Shown here: in pieces, positions 18,826 through 28,655 of the stretch | Numbering within the stretch: position 1 is the first letter of the stretch | How the letters are laid out: the number at the start of each line of letters is the position of its first letter | Source of the DNA: an uncultured archaeon | Lineage (GTDB): Archaea; Thermoproteota; Nitrososphaeria; Nitrososphaerales; Gagatemarchaeaceae | DNA length: 64,000 nt | Direction: 5' to 3' | NCBI GenBank assembly: GCA_963817525.1 | Contig: CAWFOU010000007.1 | Location: 1,217,379-1,281,378, forward strand | The notes under the pieces: model-generated | The model's database searches: none | The model's input: the letters and a program-made list of their open reading frames with translations, nothing else | What the model was told of the DNA's origin: nothing | Program-made: the position numbers and the translations under genes

Positions 18826-19861
18826 AACTGTGTCGAATAACTAACTCCTCTGTCAAGCTTCTTTCATCCGCTCTCTCATGGGATTGAGAGAATCCAACTC
18901 TCTCATGCCCGAGAAGAAGAAGCGCAACTGGAAGGAGTACAACGAGTCGCTCGTGAGGAGGGGAGAGCTCCTCTTCGACACCGATTTTTTATCTGGATGG
19001 AGCAGAGAACTAGGGAAGCTCAACGAGGGGAAGGAGGGCGCAAGATACCGCTATCCCGCCTCATTAATGAGTATGCTCGCGGCCATCCACGTGTACCTGC
19101 TCCCGTACCGGGAGCTGGAAGGGTTCCTCCGGATGTTCGCGGGGCACGTAGAAGGCCTCAAGGTCCCAGACTACACCACGATGTGGTGGAGGATATCGCG
19201 AGTAAAGATCGAGCTCGACCCGGACGTAGACCCAGAAAAGGACGTCACCATAGCGGTTGACTCCACTGGCATCAAGGTCTCGAACCGCGGGGAGTGGATA
19301 CGGCAGAAGTGGGCGGTGAAGAGGGGGTTCATCAAGGCCCACCTCGCCGTCGATGTGAAGACGGGGAAGATACTCTCGATGGAGGTGACCAAGGAGGACG
19401 TCCCTGATGGGAGGATGCTCGTCCCTCTGGTGGAGGGGGCGTCGTCGAGCGCGAACGTCACGAGGGCGATGGGTGACGGCGCGTACGACTCGAGGGAGAT
19501 CTTCAGGTACCTCGACCGCAAGGGGATAGAGCCCGTCATCAAGGTAAGGAAGAACGCCTCGATGCACGCGCACGGGTGCATGCCCAGGAAGCTCGTAGCG
19601 ATGGAGCAGCTGAGAGACTACGAGAGATGGAAGACGAGGCGCGGGTACGGGAACAGGGCGAGGGTCGAGTCCGCGATATCGTCCTTCAAGAGGACGTTCG
19701 GGGAGCACATAACGTCCGTGAAGTGGAGCAGCATAGTGAACGAGCTGCTCCTCAAGGCGTCCGTCTACAACCTGTTCGTGGGGATGAACCCGTAGCGAGG
19801 ACGCAGGCCAGAAAGACCTGGAGGCGAGAAATGGCGCATCGTCGGGTTATTCGACACGCCT
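18826..19861 (+). mobile_element. IS5-family insertion sequence, intact
   Basis: Perfect 12-bp inverted repeat GTGTCGAATAAC (18830-18841) / GTTATTCGACAC (19846-19857). 8-bp target duplication CCTTACGC at 18818-18825 and 19862-19869. Confidence 0.9.
18878..19795 (+). CDS. IS5-family DDE transposase
   Basis: NWKEYNESLVRRGE, PDYTT, VDSTG, KAHLAVD, GDGAYD and YGNRARVES. Confidence 0.95.
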   Translation: MGLRESNSLMPEKKKRNWKEYNESLVRRGELLFDTDFLSGWSRELGKLNEGKEGARYRYPASLMSMLAAIHVYLLPYRELEGFLRMFAGHVEGLKVPDYTTMWWRISRVKIELDPDVDPEKDVTIAVDSTGIKVSNRGEWIRQKWAVKRGFIKAHLAVDVKTGKILSMEVTKEDVPDGRMLVPLVEGASSSANVTRAMGDGAYDSREIFRYLDRKGIEPVIKVRKNASMHAHGCMPRKLVAMEQLRDYERWKTRRGYGNRARVESAISSFKRTFGEHITSVKWSSIVNELLLKASVYNLFVGMNP

Positions 19862-20021
19862 CCTTACGCGTGTTCTCTGATGAAGGGTACCGCGGATGCA
19901 AGTTTTTGGAGACCCCAGACAACGGTCATTGACCTGTTTCAATGTCATTTAGAACAGCAAGACAACGACTGAGGCATTATATGGCGACCGCTTCCATACG
20001 CGCACAGGAAAGTGCGGCGCG

Positions 20022-20957
20022 ATGACAGACAGCCAGGACGACTCGTTCAACGCCTCCAAAGCCGAGGTCTTCGAGGCTCTTGGCCATCCTACGAGAATCA
20101 GGATCCTTCAGGAGTTGAGCGAGAAGCCGCTTGCGTTCTCTGAACTGAAGAGGGCGACTGGATTAGAGAGTAACGGCCTGCTCACTTTCCACCTTGGGAA
20201 GCTGAAGGACCTGGTCGAACTGAACGCCGAGGGCGCCTATGCCCTAACGGACGAGGGCGTAGAAGCGCTCCGAATCGTGGAAGCGAGCAAGGACAAGAGA
20301 CAAGAGAAACCTCTTCAGCGGCCCTCTATTCGTATCCCGCACCCAAAAACCATCCTCGCGGGCTTGGTGATCGTCCTGATAATCCTCGCCACGGCATCCG
20401 CAATAGAATACAATCAGATTCAGGGACTGGATTCACGCATTCAAACTGGACTTAGCTTCGTGCTACCAGGAAATCCACCTGTGACCGTGACTGTTTCGCC
20501 CACTCATAGTGGGACCCAAAGCGCGTCTTCCCAAGGAAACCGTTCGCTATCAACCTACACGATTTCTCAAGGAGGAACCTTCTACAGCATAGCCATACAA
20601 TCCCTTAACGAGTCAATTTCTGTGAGTCCGGGCGGCAGAGTTACTGCGGACTTCAACGTCAGCTCCCCGACCACTGGGACCTTCTACGTAGGCGTCGGAG
20701 AGAACGGTTCCGTTGACAGTCCAGGGATCATTAGCGAGGGGACAAAGATTGCGTTGCCACCGGGAATAACCGCAGCCGTTACTGGAGGAGACGTAATCAA
20801 CGGAACCAGCCACGTTCTGATACCCGTTGTGATCACGGCCTCTGACGCTGTAAACACTTCGTTCTCGCTTGAGCTTTTCGTCTATCAGCACCAGAATCAA
20901 GTACCAGGTGGATTCTCTGTAGCTCAATTGTCATTCAACGTCGAAGTAAGAGGGTGA
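20022..20957 (+). CDS. ArsR-type HTH plus single TM plus extracellular family-A domain (membrane-tethered regulator)
   Basis: FEALGHPTRIRIL...FSELK...FHLGKL...YALTDEG, then a TM (ILAGLVIVLIILATA), then a domain closely matching 21836..22396. Confidence 0.85.
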   Translation: MTDSQDDSFNASKAEVFEALGHPTRIRILQELSEKPLAFSELKRATGLESNGLLTFHLGKLKDLVELNAEGAYALTDEGVEALRIVEASKDKRQEKPLQRPSIRIPHPKTILAGLVIVLIILATASAIEYNQIQGLDSRIQTGLSFVLPGNPPVTVTVSPTHSGTQSASSQGNRSLSTYTISQGGTFYSIAIQSLNESISVSPGGRVTADFNVSSPTTGTFYVGVGENGSVDSPGIISEGTKIALPPGITAAVTGGDVINGTSHVLIPVVITASDAVNTSFSLELFVYQHQNQVPGGFSVAQLSFNVEVRG

Positions 20958-20959
20958 TA

Positions 20960-21125
20960 CCGGTCTGACTCTATCTTGGAAACGACCCTATTCCTCGACT
21001 AATGCAAGTGGTAACGTCCAAACCGCGGCCTCAGACATGAAGGGGACGCTGAAGGGTATTTCCTGCAAGAGTATTCAGGCACTGTTTGGCTGTGGGCCTG
21101 GCTTTTGGCAGTACATGTGGATCAG
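20960..21125 (+). pseudogene. eroded remnant of a family-B gene
   Basis: Three colinear patches matching 22402..23145: CTATCTTGGAAA (LSWK), GTGGTAACGTCCAAACCG (VVTSKP vs IITSQP) and GCGGCCTCAG. Confidence 0.4.
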
Positions 21126-21335
21126 TAACAACTCACAGGAATGAAAAATCCACGAATCTCTTTCGGCACGATGGAAGTTAGCCGACCATGAGTCAGGCTC
21201 CGTTTTTTTCCGATGGGGATGGGGGACTGTTCAGATGATGTTACGACGGCTGGTCCCCCGAGAGACGTTACGTCACCGTCACGCTCAGAACTAGTGTACC
21301 TCTTCGTCAAAGTCGAACCCCAATAGTTCTCCTGT

Positions 21336-21542
21336 TTACTTTTTTCGTCGGGCGAATCGCTTCGGCCTTGTCCCGAATTTTATCAGAATGATTCCCAAGA
21401 CTACGAGTAAGGCCGAGGGGAGACTAGCTCCAAAGACTCCAGCGGAGCCGGCCAATCCGAAAGTGAATAGCTCGACTGTTGTGATGAGTACGCCAAAGAG
21501 AAGGAAGCACGCTCCAACAACGACGAAGAAATTCAGCTTCAT
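21336..21542 (-). CDS. small 2-TM protein
   Basis: Two hydrophobic helices and a basic tail. Confidence 0.55.
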   Translation of the reverse strand: MKLNFFVVVGACFLLFGVLITTVELFTFGLAGSAGVFGASLPSALLVVLGIILIKFGTRPKRFARRKK

Positions 21543-21769
21543 AGCACAAGTTATGATTATTCAGGCTTAGAAGCATTTTGGATAATCATGTTCGACTTCG
21601 GTTTCTCCCCTTGACTCTAAATCCAACGGCCTCGGCCGGGTCTTCGAGTTATGGATCACCTGCGGGCTAACAAACGTGCACGATTCTCTGTATGACAACA
21701 TTCGTGTCGGCACCATGAGCTAGTCTGGTCAAAGGAGGCGCGCAGCGTCCACTTGAGATGCAATTGGAG

Positions 21770-21816
21770 TTAGCACTTGTATTACATCGTAAGCCACGGT
21801 ATTAAATACGCCGACC
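21770..21816 (+). promoter_or_regulatory. conserved operator plus TATA promoter box, copy 1
   Basis: TTAGCACTTGTATTACATCGTAAGCCACGGTATTAAATA; 38/47 identical to 32460-32506. Confidence 0.75.
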
Positions 21817-21835
21817 TCCCCTAAAACTATTGTTC

Positions 21836-22396
21836 ATGAGAGACGCAGTTAAGCTGGGAGTTGCGGTCGCGCTCTTGAGCATCAGTTTGGTTTTGGGTAT
21901 CGGCGCGATGGCGATTGCAAGCCCCCAGGTGGCTTCGACTTCAACGCACAGCGGAAGCCAAGGTGCGCCTTCACAAGAGAGTACGGTATCGACCTACACT
22001 ATTTCGGAAGGAGGAACCTTCTACACTGTTGCCATACAGCCCTTGAACAGTTCCGTTTCGATCCAGCCGGGTGGCCGAACCACAGTGTTTTTCCAAGTCA
22101 GCTCCCCAATCGGTGGAACTTTCTATGTCGGAGTTGGTCAGAACGGTAGCGTTGACACCCCTGGATTCATCTTGGACAATATTCCTGTTACCCTGCCCAC
22201 AGGGGTCAGCGCGTCGGTGTTGAGCGGCGGCGTTGTCACTGGAACAAGTAGTACCCTGGTAGCAGTCGTAATCAGCGTCTCCCCCACTTCAAGTGCCTCC
22301 TCACTATCGCTCGAGTTGTTCGTCTTCCAGCATCAGATCCAGGGGCCTGGCGGTTATAGCGTTGCTCAATTGCCCTTCATTGTAGAGGTGGCCTGA
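21836..22396 (+). CDS. exported family-A protein
   Basis: Signal/anchor helix, STYTISEGGTFY, SIQPGG and LELFVFQHQ...FIVEVA. Confidence 0.8.
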   Translation: MRDAVKLGVAVALLSISLVLGIGAMAIASPQVASTSTHSGSQGAPSQESTVSTYTISEGGTFYTVAIQPLNSSVSIQPGGRTTVFFQVSSPIGGTFYVGVGQNGSVDTPGFILDNIPVTLPTGVSASVLSGGVVTGTSSTLVAVVISVSPTSSASSLSLELFVFQHQIQGPGGYSVAQLPFIVEVA

Positions 22397-22401
22397 TTTC
22401 C

Positions 22402-23145
22402 ATGGCTCTCTCATGGAAAGGTTCGTCACTATCCTGGAAAGCATCCTTTGGAATCGCAGCCCTCTTTCTTTTCTTCGTTGTCTCCTTTATCGCGGCTCCC
22501 GTTGTAGCGAGCAGTTCCGACACTCCTCCCTACAGCGGGATAATTACGTCCCAACCGACAAACGGCTATTGTGTGTATAACACATCCGGCTATTGGTGGG
22601 AATGCGTTAATGGCTCCACTTCCAACGGCGGGATCATAATTCTAGCAAATGCCAGTGCAGACAGCGGCCTCAGTTTCGCCTCTTCTGCCTACATACTTTT
22701 CCAGGGGCCAAGTGATACCACCTCTGGTGGATACCTAACGGTCGGGGAGGAATTGGCATTTGATGGAGCGGTCCAGGCGGGCAATACCGGACCCGGGGGT
22801 GGTGACGGAGACTTCTATTCTTACCTTGCCTACCAGTGGGTTTACTGCGGAGTCCTTCCATGCGCCACCAATACAGTGACCCATACAGTTCTGATATGGG
22901 ACGCTATTGTAGATGGGAGTGGAGTAATCACCTCCAGCGGGTGCGGTTCAAGCGGATGCTCATACTCTTGGTATACAAGCGTCCATAGTAGTTGGTTGAA
23001 TACGTACTACACGGGTGCAGCCTCATACGTTAGCGCCTCGGCATACTCTTCCTGCCCCATCACTTGTGGCACAGCGTATGGCAGGGCGGATTTCTCGAAT
23101 CACGGGTACTCGAACACCGTGAACAAGATAAGTGTCTCACCATAA
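22402..23145 (+). CDS. secreted Cys/Tyr/Ser-rich family-B protein
   Basis: Signal peptide with duplicated LSWK and several Cys; paralog of 15061..15744. Confidence 0.8.
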   Translation: MALSWKGSSLSWKASFGIAALFLFFVVSFIAAPVVASSSDTPPYSGIITSQPTNGYCVYNTSGYWWECVNGSTSNGGIIILANASADSGLSFASSAYILFQGPSDTTSGGYLTVGEELAFDGAVQAGNTGPGGGDGDFYSYLAYQWVYCGVLPCATNTVTHTVLIWDAIVDGSGVITSSGCGSSGCSYSWYTSVHSSWLNTYYTGAASYVSASAYSSCPITCGTAYGRADFSNHGYSNTVNKISVSP

Positions 23146-23760
23146 AAATTGGGAAGACAATCTCCGGGAGAATGACGGCTGCGGAGATTGACTAAAAGGA
23201 ACTTGAAAGTTGGATATCCCAAGATTACGTATCGTAGCTGGGACGCGGCGCTTTCATCCATGGACGACTCGAAGGTCGGAAGGCGCGCGTTTTCGAGGAA
23301 TCCGTACCCGAGGACTCGCGTAGTCGCAGTCAGCTCTTCATGAAATCCCAGCCTGTAGACGTAGCGATAGTAGAGCGCAGAAGTTATGACGACGCTCGGG
23401 GTCATTATCGCGGCCACCCAGCCGATTTGGTTCTCGACCAAAGTACTGGTAGAAATAATTGAAGAGGGACCCAAGGATGGCGGTGCTGAAGATCAACTCG
23501 ACGAACGTGATTGCGTGCGCTATCTCGTACTTCCTGCCGAAGCGGATGTTCACTCTGTTGAAGAGCTTTCGCGAAGCAAAGTCCGTGAGAAGGTAAGAGC
23601 AGACGGCGCTGAGGCCGTACGACCAGAAGAAGTAGAAGCCTCTAAGATGGAGGAGCAGCAAAAGGGTCGCCAGCACCAGAAGATAGAGCGCGTAAAATAC
23701 CGTGAGACCGATCAACATGCGCGTAGTCCAGCGCCTCACAACCGGTCCTCCGTCTTCCAA
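23100..23760 (-). pseudogene. membrane protein, probably frameshifted near 23465
   Basis: Three TMs in frame 23338..23760 continue into a fourth hydrophobic helix in frame 23100..23474. Confidence 0.4.
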
Positions 23761-24218
23761 TTACCGCTCGCTTGGTTCTGGAGGCTTCTAATAACCGAGT
23801 CCTTGGGTGCGGAGAGCGGCCTTTTGCCTTCCGCGGAACGCTAATCACCCTTCATCCCGGTGGGGGCGCGTTGATTAGGCCAAACCAATGGTTTGTCGTT
23901 CTGATTATAGCGATTCCGTCGGCGGCACGGCCTCGGAGACTATCCTCTCACTTCGAGAGGTTCGTGTACTGTCTGGCGGCAGGGAAAGGAGCTAGCCGCT
24001 CGAGCACTCGCTGAGGCAATTCCTGCGCCGAATGCGATACCCGCGGTTGACGGCCGCGACGTACGTGATATCTCTTCGGTGTGTGCCGATCCTGCTTTCT
24101 TCAGTTTCGGATTCCTCGTCTGTCGACTCCGCCAACTCGGATTTGTCCTTCGAGCTCGCGAACCTTGTCGCCATGCTCCAGCATACGTTTATCAGTCTCT
24201 AGCGGTAAAACTTCCGTC

Positions 24219-24521
24219 ATGGAGTCGCAGAAAGAGCGGGATTCTGGGGCGATTGAGGTAGACGTTTTGTATGTACCTACATCCCGGTCGAAATCGTTCC
24301 CAATCGAGAAGAATGCGACGCTAGAACGGATGTTCGAGAAGGCTTACCATGAGTTGGGCGAACAGAAAAGGTCCGGTGACAAGTATTATTGCAAAAACGG
24401 GTTCGACTTATCTAACGAATTGAGTCATACGGTGGAGTCAGTGATAAAGGACCGCTGCAAAGGTTCGAAATTTGAGATACGGAATCAGACGGGCGGTGCG
24501 ACGACGCATCGCCTCTCCTAG
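24219..24521 (+). CDS. bilA: ubiquitin-like protein precursor (BilA-like), GG followed by a 7-aa tail
   Basis: Beta-grasp-like pattern IEVDVLY...SKSFPIEKNATL...FEIRNQTGG|ATTHRLS; first gene of an E2-JAB-E1 operon. Confidence 0.75.
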   Translation: MESQKERDSGAIEVDVLYVPTSRSKSFPIEKNATLERMFEKAYHELGEQKRSGDKYYCKNGFDLSNELSHTVESVIKDRCKGSKFEIRNQTGGATTHRLS

Positions 24522-24545
24522 TGACTCTTCAATAGGGCAACTGGC

Positions 24546-25070
24546 GTGCTCCCTTCCAAGGTAAATACAGAGTTGGCGAAAGCCTATCTCAAGGCTGATT
24601 ATGAAAATGTGTGTTCCCAGGGGCTGCCACAAAGATACGAGTGGAGCATATCGCCGCCATCCGACGATCTTGTCCTGCACGTCAAATTATGGTCAAGGGA
24701 TGAGTCTGACTTGCCCCAGGACGATTACTATCTCAGGATGACCTTCGAGTATTACAACTCCTGGCCGCCAGGCGTTACCTTTGTCAACCCCGAGACCGAC
24801 AAGTTCGAGTCGAGCCGCGATATGGAGTGGTTACCCAAAATCGCGGCCAAACCGCTCGGGACTGATTTCGGGTTCAATCCTTCGACCGCCCTTCAGGACG
24901 GCACGACCAGGCAACTTGTATGCAACTCCATGATTCTAGAATATTATCTGTCCAATCACACTCCCAACGACCAAGAAAAGTGGGATCCCAATCGACATAA
25001 CTTCGGGACCACGTTAAGCACGATTCAGCTCATCCTTAGGAAGCCGTACTACGGGGGAAGATCGTCATGA
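24546..25070 (+). CDS. bilB: E2/UBC-like conjugating enzyme (BilB-like)
   Basis: YYLRMTFEYYNSWPPGVTFVNP, candidate catalytic Cys in LVCNS, EYYxxNH and W. Confidence 0.8.
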   Translation: MLPSKVNTELAKAYLKADYENVCSQGLPQRYEWSISPPSDDLVLHVKLWSRDESDLPQDDYYLRMTFEYYNSWPPGVTFVNPETDKFESSRDMEWLPKIAAKPLGTDFGFNPSTALQDGTTRQLVCNSMILEYYLSNHTPNDQEKWDPNRHNFGTTLSTIQLILRKPYYGGRSS

Positions 25071-25636
25071 GGCTCGGCCGACGAAAGGGATTTGAAAGCG
25101 ATGGAGGGGTCGAAGCCGCAGCGAGCCCGAGCAACCGCCGGCTCCTGGTTCAAAGAAGTCTACTCGAGAAGACACATCGCGTTTTCTTCGACTATTGGCT
25201 CAAAGGATTCGAGGGGGTCGCCTATTGGCATGGAATGGAGAATGATCGTGAGGCGACCGATATCGCACTTGCATTGGTGGTTCCCGAGTCCAAAAACACG
25301 CTCGGAAACTTCGAAGTCACGACTGAAGAGACTACGAGGATGGGTCACCTCATGGCCAAGAAAGGTCTTGTTTGTCTTGCTCAAGTCCACACGCATCCGG
25401 GCATGCTCCTGAGTCAGTCCAAGTATGACGAACAACACGCCCTAAGCCGGAGGGACGGCTTTCTGTCCTTGATAGTTCCAGAGTATGGCAACGTCTCTCT
25501 CTATGACTTGGAAAACGTGAGCGTTCACGAGAGTTGGGCCGGGAGCTGGGTGTCTCTTGACAAAATTGCCAAAGGCAAGAGGGTTCAGATTGTTGACGAC
25601 TTTCTTGATTTGAGGTTGAAGAGTCTCGTCTATTGA
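25067..25636 (+). CDS. bilC: JAB/MPN+ metallopeptidase (BilC-like)
   Basis: Complete JAMM motif: E (FEGVAY) and HTH-x7-S-x2-D (HTHPGMLLSQSKYD), plus FLSLIVPEYG. Confidence 0.9.
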   Translation: MRLGRRKGFESDGGVEAAASPSNRRLLVQRSLLEKTHRVFFDYWLKGFEGVAYWHGMENDREATDIALALVVPESKNTLGNFEVTTEETTRMGHLMAKKGLVCLAQVHTHPGMLLSQSKYDEQHALSRRDGFLSLIVPEYGNVSLYDLENVSVHESWAGSWVSLDKIAKGKRVQIVDDFLDLRLKSLVY

Positions 25637-25682
25637 TGGGCAGGGACAGGAGAGACATCTTCTCCCTGAACTGAAGGATAAG

Positions 25683-27197
25683 TTGTCGACTGATAATCTC
25701 AACTGCACGCTTGGAATAAAGGTCTCCAAGGACGTTGCCGTGAAAAGAGAAGCCCAGCTAGTTCTGTGGATGTTGGTGAACCTCACAGCGAGGATGACCA
25801 AGACGGTCAGTCGAATTGAGCTGTCAATACCTCGTGGCGTGAGGCTTAACGAGTCGGTCATCCCTTTCCGCGTCGGTAAAGGGATGCTAGACGAGGCCGT
25901 AGCAGTGGCTGCCAACGAATGCGCCCGAGAGTGCAAGGTTGTACTCGCTGAAGGTGCTGAGTTATCAAGATCAATTGGAACTATTCTGATCGGACCTGAC
26001 GTCGAGTCTAGCAACGAGACGGAGTTTGCAATCAGAGTCTCTTGTGATGGATGGCTAGCTTATGTTGGAGATGCTTCGAGAAAGCCGAAAATCTACCCAA
26101 GCGACAATGGCAATCCATTCGGGGCCTTCACCGCAGCCTGCGTAGCCGCCGCTGATGCCTTCAAGCATTTCACCCGAATGAAACCAGGGGCAGGGTCGTT
26201 CGCAACCGACATTTCTTTGTCTGCATATACGCTCGACAGGACTAATGGTGGCTCAGATTCTGACAATCCCGCAATCCCAGACGCGCTAGACCTCGGAAGG
26301 GTCGACGTCATCGGTTGCGGCGCAGTTGGGAATGCCTTCTGCCACTGCCTGTTCGCGATGGATGGAATTTCCGGCAAGATGTCATTGATAGATAGGACCG
26401 TCAACGAGTTTGGAGAGGCTGAAACCGTGGATACGACCAATCTCGACCGATACGTCATGCTCGCGAGAGAAGACCTTGGAAAAGCGAAGGCGTCCGCGCT
26501 CAAGGAAAAGCTAGCCTCTGTTGGGAGAATCGAGGTGTCGACCTATGACCTGGGGTTTGAGAAATATACGGCAGAGACGCGAGACCCGATCTCTGACGCG
26601 ATCTCCTGCGTCGATAATAATGGAGCTAGACACGCGATTCAAGACCAGCTACCTCGAGTCATTTACGGTGCGAGTACGTATCTCATGACCGCTCAACTGT
26701 CGCTTTACGACCTCCGTATCGGCACGCCGTGCCTCAAGTGCTACAACGACCTCAGCGCTGCGGTTCCTCCTGACGACGAGATTGCGGGTCGTCTGCGCGA
26801 AATGAACGAGGAAGAGAGGCTAGCCGAAGCACGAAAGGTGGGGGTGAACCCCTTGAACCTCTCGAGGTTCTTGCGCAACCCACAATGCGGTGTTCTGGAT
26901 AACTTTTCGATCCAAAAGTTCGCAGGTCTATCGCATCAGCACGAATGGGCTGTGAGTTTTGTTTCTGCCATGGCCGGAATCACGCTTTCGTCTGAACTCT
27001 ATAGGAGCCACGCGTCGAAAGGAAATCCGTCGATTCAGCCCGCTCTTGACGGAAGGGACAGTACTGACCTCTACTTCAATTTCTGGAACAACAACTACAT
27101 CTCATTGAAAACTCAACCTCGGTCGTCATGCTGGTGCCAGGGCAATGGAGTGAAGCCGAGATTGGTTCATTCGGCATTGTGGCCGGCAGTGGCCTAA
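25683..27197 (+). CDS. bilD: E1 enzyme with an inactive and an active adenylation domain (BilD-like)
   Basis: N-terminal GNPFGAFTAACVAAADAFK repeat, then GCGAVG, TTNLDRY, CVDN, PCLKC, PQCG and CWC. The true start may be ATG 25636 with a 1-nt loss. Confidence 0.9.
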   Translation: MSTDNLNCTLGIKVSKDVAVKREAQLVLWMLVNLTARMTKTVSRIELSIPRGVRLNESVIPFRVGKGMLDEAVAVAANECARECKVVLAEGAELSRSIGTILIGPDVESSNETEFAIRVSCDGWLAYVGDASRKPKIYPSDNGNPFGAFTAACVAAADAFKHFTRMKPGAGSFATDISLSAYTLDRTNGGSDSDNPAIPDALDLGRVDVIGCGAVGNAFCHCLFAMDGISGKMSLIDRTVNEFGEAETVDTTNLDRYVMLAREDLGKAKASALKEKLASVGRIEVSTYDLGFEKYTAETRDPISDAISCVDNNGARHAIQDQLPRVIYGASTYLMTAQLSLYDLRIGTPCLKCYNDLSAAVPPDDEIAGRLREMNEEERLAEARKVGVNPLNLSRFLRNPQCGVLDNFSIQKFAGLSHQHEWAVSFVSAMAGITLSSELYRSHASKGNPSIQPALDGRDSTDLYFNFWNNNYISLKTQPRSSCWCQGNGVKPRLVHSALWPAVA

Positions 27198-27329
27198 TGC
27201 ATGCTCGCGATGAGAATTAGGAGGCTGAGATTTGTAAGGTGTCGCAGGAAGGCAATCGTGGCTCTACGCGGGCCGTCGCATCTCGAATAGGCTGAAGTAC
27301 GCAGAAGTGGTCGCTTTGAGAAGAACTTG

Positions 27330-27842
27330 TCATGCGCCTTGTTTGGGAAAGCGAATCTTCAATATGTTGCCCTTGACATCTATCTCAAGCTTACCAGTTC
27401 GAAGTACTTCGTAGGCGCCCGAGAGATAGCTCTTCAGAAATAGAGACCATTTCTCACCATATCTGTGACGGAGTGTTATCCGTTCAGAACTCTCGGTCAC
27501 GCCGCCCTCGACAGTGAACCAACTCCCTTCTTTTCCAAGTATTTTGGTCAGGAACTGGATGAATGTTATCTGGACATCAACGCTTTCGAGCAGCTCCCTG
27601 GCCAAAGAGAAGTTCTTTTTCCCTAGGGCGAATCCGTCTATCTCTAGGGAGTCCGGGTTCGACGTGCTGAGAATCGAGGCGAAAGTTTCCTCGCCAAGTT
27701 TAATCCCATTAAAGGCAGGGATCAGCGGATCAATCAACAACGCGCTGGTCAAGACCTGCGCGACATACGTGTTTTCGCTAACCTGCAGTCGCCGCGCGAC
27801 TCGTCTAAGACTGAGAATCAGATCGGCTTCGAGTCGGAAGGC
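27330..27842 (-). pseudogene. RHH regulator paralog, 5'-truncated by the IS66 remnant
   Basis: AFRLEADLILSLRRVARRLQVSENTYV...ILKIRFPK aligns with 18231..18772. The native start is replaced by transposase sequence. Confidence 0.75.
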
Positions 27843-28350
27843 TGCAGGTGCTGCGACAGGCAGGTCTCACCACCCATACCCAACGTAATCGGCGGAAGGG
27901 AAGAATGAGAGGTTCGGGCTGCGGCTGATGCTCCTCGTCGTCTCGCTGAAGATGCTCGGCGCGTCCTACGAGAGGATAGGCTCTCTGTTGAAGCTCCTCT
28001 TCGGCCTCGACCTCACCGAAGGGGCGATGATCCACTGCGTGATGGCGGTTGCCGAGGCCTTCGGCCCGAGGTACGATGAGCTGAAGCGAGACCTGGTCAA
28101 GGAGGCGAGCATCCACGGCGACGAGACATCCTGGAGGATCAAGGGGAAGAACCACTGGCTCTGAGCGTTCCTGGGCAGGTGGTCCGTCGTGTACGAGGTG
28201 GCGAGATCGCGAGGCAAGGACGTGCCCAAGAAGGTGCTGGGCGACTACCGCGGGATCGTCACGAGCGACTCGTGGGGAGCGTGGAACTACATCGGCGAGA
28301 AGTGGCAGCGCTGCCTAGTCCACTATCTGCGAGAGCTGAAGGACACATGA
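27842..28350 (+). pseudogene. IS66-family transposase fragment
   Basis: CRCC, RFG, LFGLDLTEG, IHGDETSW, WL*AF (internal TGA at 28162), VTSD and QRCLVHYLREL. Confidence 0.85.
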
Positions 28351-28602
28351 CCTTGATTTTAGTATGGGCACCACCAACCATTTCCATTAAAAAAACAGAA
28401 CAATATTAGTGAAACCTCTATTTAGACCTGCATTCCAGAATTCTAGAAATCGGGAACTTGAATCATGATTTGGTGAATTAATGCAGGTTAAGTGTGGTCT
28501 CGGGCCGATAGAATCTAAGCACATCATTCCAACCATTTGCAGATGCTTTGGGTCGTCACTCAAGTTACCATCTTCTAGAACTTTTTTCCAGCTGTTGCTT
28601 CC

Positions 28603-28634
28603 GTATTACACTGTAAGCCACAGGCGTATATATC
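28603..28634 (+). promoter_or_regulatory. conserved operator plus TATA box, copy 2
   Basis: GTATTACACTGTAAGCCACAGGCGTATATATC, containing the perfect palindrome TTACA-C-TGTAA. Confidence 0.7.
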
Positions 28635-28655
28635 TCCGCAGCCCTGATCGGTATC

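Noticed and set aside
14499-23145. Diversity-generating retroelement explaining the paralogous A/B genes
   Set aside because: No reverse transcriptase and no near-identical TR/VR pair with adenine-specific mismatches; divergence is spread along the genes.
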